Part shown: in pieces, positions 21,544 through 24,000 of the stretch
Numbering within the stretch: position 1 is the stretch's first letter
How the letters are laid out: every line of letters begins with the position of its first letter
NCBI GenBank assembly: GCA_035506435.1
Contig: DATJPK010000026.1
Span: 1-24,000, forward strand
Source: Methanomicrobiales archaeon
Lineage (GTDB): Archaea; Halobacteriota; Methanomicrobia; Methanomicrobiales; JACTUA01
Length of the DNA: 24,000 bases
Direction: 5' to 3'
Notes under the pieces: model-generated
Told to the model about the DNA's origin: nothing
Databases searched by the model: none
Seen by the model: the letters and a program-made list of their open reading frames with translations, nothing else
Translations under genes and position numbers: made by a program

Positions 21544-22514
21544 GGGTCGCCATCCTCGGGTTCGGTTCCGTCGGGCAGGGGGTGGCGAGGATGATCGGGG
21601 AAAAGGACCTCGGCCTCACCGTCACGGCCCTCGCCGATTCAAGAGGGGGGATCATCGACCCCGATGGCATCGACATCCCGGGGACCTTCGCGAGGAAGTC
21701 GAAGAGCGGATCCTGCGGGAAACCCCGGGTATCGGCGATGGACGTCGTCGCGTCGGGCGCCTACGACGCCCTCGTCGAGGTCACCCCGACGAACATCAGG
21801 ACCGGCGAGCCGGCCATCACCCACATCAGGAAGGCCCTCTCGCTCGGGAAGCATGTCGTCACCTCGAACAAGGGCCCCATCGCCCTCGCCCGCCGGGACC
21901 TGCTGGCCCTCGCGGCGAAGAAGGGCGTCGCCCTCCGGTACGAGGCAACGGTCTGCGGGGCGATCCCCATCATCCACACCCTGGAGCACGGCCTGCTCGG
22001 AAACGAGGTGAAGGGCCTCTTCGGCGTGATGAACGGGACCTGCAACTACATCCTCACCCGGATGGAGGACGAGGGGCTCACCTACGACCAGGCGCTCGGC
22101 GAGGCGCAGGAGATGGGGTACGCCGAGAAGGACCCCACGTACGACGTGAAGGGCCTCGACACGGCGCTCAAGCTCGTCATCCTCGCGAACACCGTCTGGG
22201 GGACGGACAGGACCCTCGCCGACGTGCAGGTGACGGGAATCGACCTGATCACCCCGCAGGCCATCCAGCTCGCCATGGACCGGGAGACGGCCATCCGGCT
22301 CATCGGGGAGGCCGTGCCGTCGCGGAACCTCCTCCGGGTCTCCCCCCGGATCATACCGAGGAACCACCCGCTCCTCGTCGCCGGGACCCTGAACGCGGTG
22401 ACGGTCGTCACCGACATGGCCGGGGAGCTCACCTTCATCGGGAAGGGGGCGGGCTCGGTCGAGACGGCGAGCGCGGTGATCGGGGACCTCCTCTACATCG
22501 CCGGGAGCACCTGA
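21540..22514 (+). CDS. hom: Homoserine dehydrogenase
   Basis: 324 aa. MRVAILGFGSVGQGV Rossmann motif, NGTCNYILTRM, GYAEKDPTYDVKGLDTALKLVILAN. GGAGG 7 nt upstream. Confidence 0.95.
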   Translation: MRVAILGFGSVGQGVARMIGEKDLGLTVTALADSRGGIIDPDGIDIPGTFARKSKSGSCGKPRVSAMDVVASGAYDALVEVTPTNIRTGEPAITHIRKALSLGKHVVTSNKGPIALARRDLLALAAKKGVALRYEATVCGAIPIIHTLEHGLLGNEVKGLFGVMNGTCNYILTRMEDEGLTYDQALGEAQEMGYAEKDPTYDVKGLDTALKLVILANTVWGTDRTLADVQVTGIDLITPQAIQLAMDRETAIRLIGEAVPSRNLLRVSPRIIPRNHPLLVAGTLNAVTVVTDMAGELTFIGKGAGSVETASAVIGDLLYIAGST

Positions 22515-22524
22515 AGGGGCGGCG

Positions 22525-23646
22525 ATGCCGGGAGTCCTCGAGAGGCGGCGCGGGATCCTGAAACTGATGCGGTCCTACACGCTGGACCGCGGGTTTTTCA
22601 CGGTGTCCGACATCGCCGCGAGCACCGGCCTCCCCCGGTCGACGGCGCAGGACTGGATCAACCGGCTCCTCGACGAGGGGTGCCTGGTCGTCCGGGAAGG
22701 CCGGCGGGGGAGGGCCCCGGCCCGGTACCTCTCGAAGAGCGCGATGCCCTCCTCGGCCTGCCGCCGGATCTTCACCACCATCGACGGCGACGAGGTGGAG
22801 ATCTACCACGAGTGCCTCTCGGCGGGGAGCGCCGCCTACTGCGAGTTCCACCACCGGCGGGCAGGGGGGGTCCTCTCCCGGGTGTCCCGGGACGGGACCC
22901 TCCTTCGGGAACGTGCCTTCCTCGGGGAGCGGGGCACCCACATCGGGTTTTTCCCCGATCCGGCCGTCGGGGTCACCCGCCTCCGGCAGGAAGGGGAGGA
23001 TCTCGTCCAGGCCATCCGGTGTGTCGGGGGTCCCGCGTATTCCCTCACCGATATGATGGCCCAGGCCGAAGGGGTCCTCGACGTCAGGGTGGAACGGTCG
23101 GGGCCCTTTGTCGAGGGGGAGGTCACCACCCGGGCAATGCGCTACCTGGCGATCGGGATAGACGACACCGACACGCCCGAGGGCGGGGCCACCTTCGCCC
23201 TCGCCCTCGCCCTGCACCAGCACCTCTCCACCCTCGGGGGGGTCATGCCCATCGGCCACCACGTGGTAATGCTCAACCCGGAGAACCCGGACCGGACGGG
23301 AGGGAACTCGGCGAGCTTCATCGAGCTTGCCGCCGAGCCGGCCCTGTGCCCGCAGATCCGGGAGCACAGCCTCAGGTTCGTCTCCGACGAGGCCCTCTCC
23401 CCCGAGTGGGGGATCGCCATCAAGGGGGGCTTCACCGTTCCACGGGACCTCCGCGAGTTCGGGAACCGGGCCCGGACCGGGAGGGTCACGAGGGAGGAGG
23501 CCGGGGAGATGGCCCGGAGGCACGGGATTTTCATGAGCGGGGGGCGGGGGACCATCGGGGCCCTCGCCGCGGTCTCCTGTATCGGCCTCGACAACTCCAT
23601 CCTTCTCGATCCCAAGCGAGCGATCCTCCCGGAAGGGGGAGCCTGA
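22525..23646 (+). CDS. Uncharacterised protein: N-terminal winged-HTH, Cys/His-rich middle region, C-terminal domain resembling the N-terminal kinase (TCKD) domain of tRNA(Ile2) agmatidine synthetase TiaS
   Basis: 373 aa. HTH-like FTVSDIAASTGLPRSTAQDWINRLLDEGCLVV. AIGIDDTDTPEGGATF and VVMLNPENPDRTGGNSASF parallel the TiaS motifs GIDDTDS..GMCTTY and RLNP.IP.KTRGNGA (from memory). No OB-fold or Zn-ribbon tail. Starts 10 nt after the hom stop with GAAGGGG upstream. Confidence 0.7.
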   Translation: MPGVLERRRGILKLMRSYTLDRGFFTVSDIAASTGLPRSTAQDWINRLLDEGCLVVREGRRGRAPARYLSKSAMPSSACRRIFTTIDGDEVEIYHECLSAGSAAYCEFHHRRAGGVLSRVSRDGTLLRERAFLGERGTHIGFFPDPAVGVTRLRQEGEDLVQAIRCVGGPAYSLTDMMAQAEGVLDVRVERSGPFVEGEVTTRAMRYLAIGIDDTDTPEGGATFALALALHQHLSTLGGVMPIGHHVVMLNPENPDRTGGNSASFIELAAEPALCPQIREHSLRFVSDEALSPEWGIAIKGGFTVPRDLREFGNRARTGRVTREEAGEMARRHGIFMSGGRGTIGALAAVSCIGLDNSILLDPKRAILPEGGA

Positions 23647-23692
23647 ACCCTCCCGTGCAGGGATCCCGTTATCACCCGATGGATTACCCATA

Positions 23693-23736
23693 GGGAAAGA
23701 TAGGTATAAATAGACCATTCCCTGAAATAATGAAGG
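23693..23736 (+). promoter_or_regulatory. grpE promoter: TATA box bracketed by an inverted repeat
   Basis: GTATAAATA (23704-23712) is ~29 nt upstream of ATG 23737. GGGAA (23693-23697) and TTCCC (23718-23722) flank it. Confidence 0.4.
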
Positions 23737-24000
23737 ATGACTGGTGAGGAGGGCGGACAGGAGGGTGAACCCGCCGGTGGAATCGCAGAGCTCAGGAAGG
23801 AGCTCGACGATGCACGGCGGCTCGCCGACGAACGGCTCACCCGGCTCCGGTATCTCCAGGCAGACTTCGACAACTACCGGAAGAGCCAGGACCGGGAGCG
23901 GGAGCAGATCGTCCAGCTCGCGGCCGAGTCCCTGGTCCGGGACCTCCTCCCGGTCCTCGACGACCTCGAGCGGGCGATACCGGCGCTCTCCCAGGAGAAA
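23737..24000 (+). CDS. grpE: GrpE nucleotide exchange factor, N-terminal 88 codons; continues beyond the right window edge
   Basis: Absent from ORF track (no stop). Manual translation: MTGEEGGQEGEPAGGIAELRKELDDARRLADERLTRLRYLQADFDNYRKSQDREREQIVQLAAESLVRDLLPVLDDLERAIP. This is the GrpE signature (R..ADF.N.RKR...E........L..LLPV.D.LERA). Confidence 0.9.
   Translation, partial: MTGEEGGQEGEPAGGIAELRKELDDARRLADERLTRLRYLQADFDNYRKSQDREREQIVQLAAESLVRDLLPVLDDLERAIPALSQEK

Noticed and set aside
23524-23560. Four G-runs (GGG, G6, G5, G4) that could form a G-quadruplex
   Set aside because: They are inside a CDS of a very GC-rich genome where Gly/Arg codons generate such runs frequently. The first loop would be 12 nt. 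Nothing suggests function.
22435-23718. 427-aa minus-strand ORF opposite the wHTH/TiaS-like gene
   Set aside because: It is extremely P/G/R/E-rich and has no start context. The plus-strand frame carries the GIDDTD and LNP...GGN motifs and an SD right after hom.
1-24000. Search for mobile elements, integrases, toxin-antitoxin or defence genes, CRISPR repeats, tRNA/rRNA
   Set aside because: Every stretch longer than ~230 bp is accounted for by the genes listed. There are no transposase, integrase or nuclease-like ORFs, no regularly spaced direct repeats and no terminal inverted repeats. The compositional outliers are only short promoter or terminator spacers.

Overview
GC-rich, tightly packed archaeal chromosome segment with no tRNA, rRNA, CRISPR or mobile-element signatures. 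It is most consistent with a Methanomicrobiales-type methanogen, based on archaellins with the AFTGLEAAIVLIAF N-terminus, aIF5A, ABCE1 and a hydrogenase maturation protease. The ORF track is full of long R/G/P/D/H-rich shadow ORFs antisense to the real genes. I chose the coding strand by amino-acid composition, GC3 bias, recognisable motifs and start-codon context.

Three blocks:
(1) 1-4707: a ribosome-rescue neighbourhood. NFACT (Rqc2/RqcH-like) and Pelota lie on the minus strand. Across a 57-bp spacer on the plus strand lie a small Lys/Glu-tailed membrane protein and, 6 nt after it, ABCE1.
(2) 6028-16772: a complete euryarchaeal archaellum locus on the minus strand. It holds two arlB archaellins with their own oligo-T terminator, then arlCDE(fused)-F-G-H-I-J. 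Upstream sits a 4-TM/HEAT-repeat membrane protein. Downstream are two uncharacterised genes coupled to arlJ: a TM-hairpin protein with a disordered tail, and a secreted 7-bladed propeller.
(3) 17674-24000: housekeeping genes. These are aIF5A, an IMPase-family phosphatase coupled to NAD kinase, DUF169, an orphan hydrogenase maturation protease, ACT-hom, a wHTH protein whose C-terminal half resembles the TiaS kinase domain, and the start of grpE.

Pelota (left edge) and GrpE (right edge) are missing from the ORF track; I found them by manual translation. The best candidates for undescribed biology are the arlJ-coupled gene pair, the membrane protein coupled to ABCE1 within the rescue cluster, and the wHTH/TiaS-like protein. 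All functional proposals for these are inference from context and motifs. No searches could be run.
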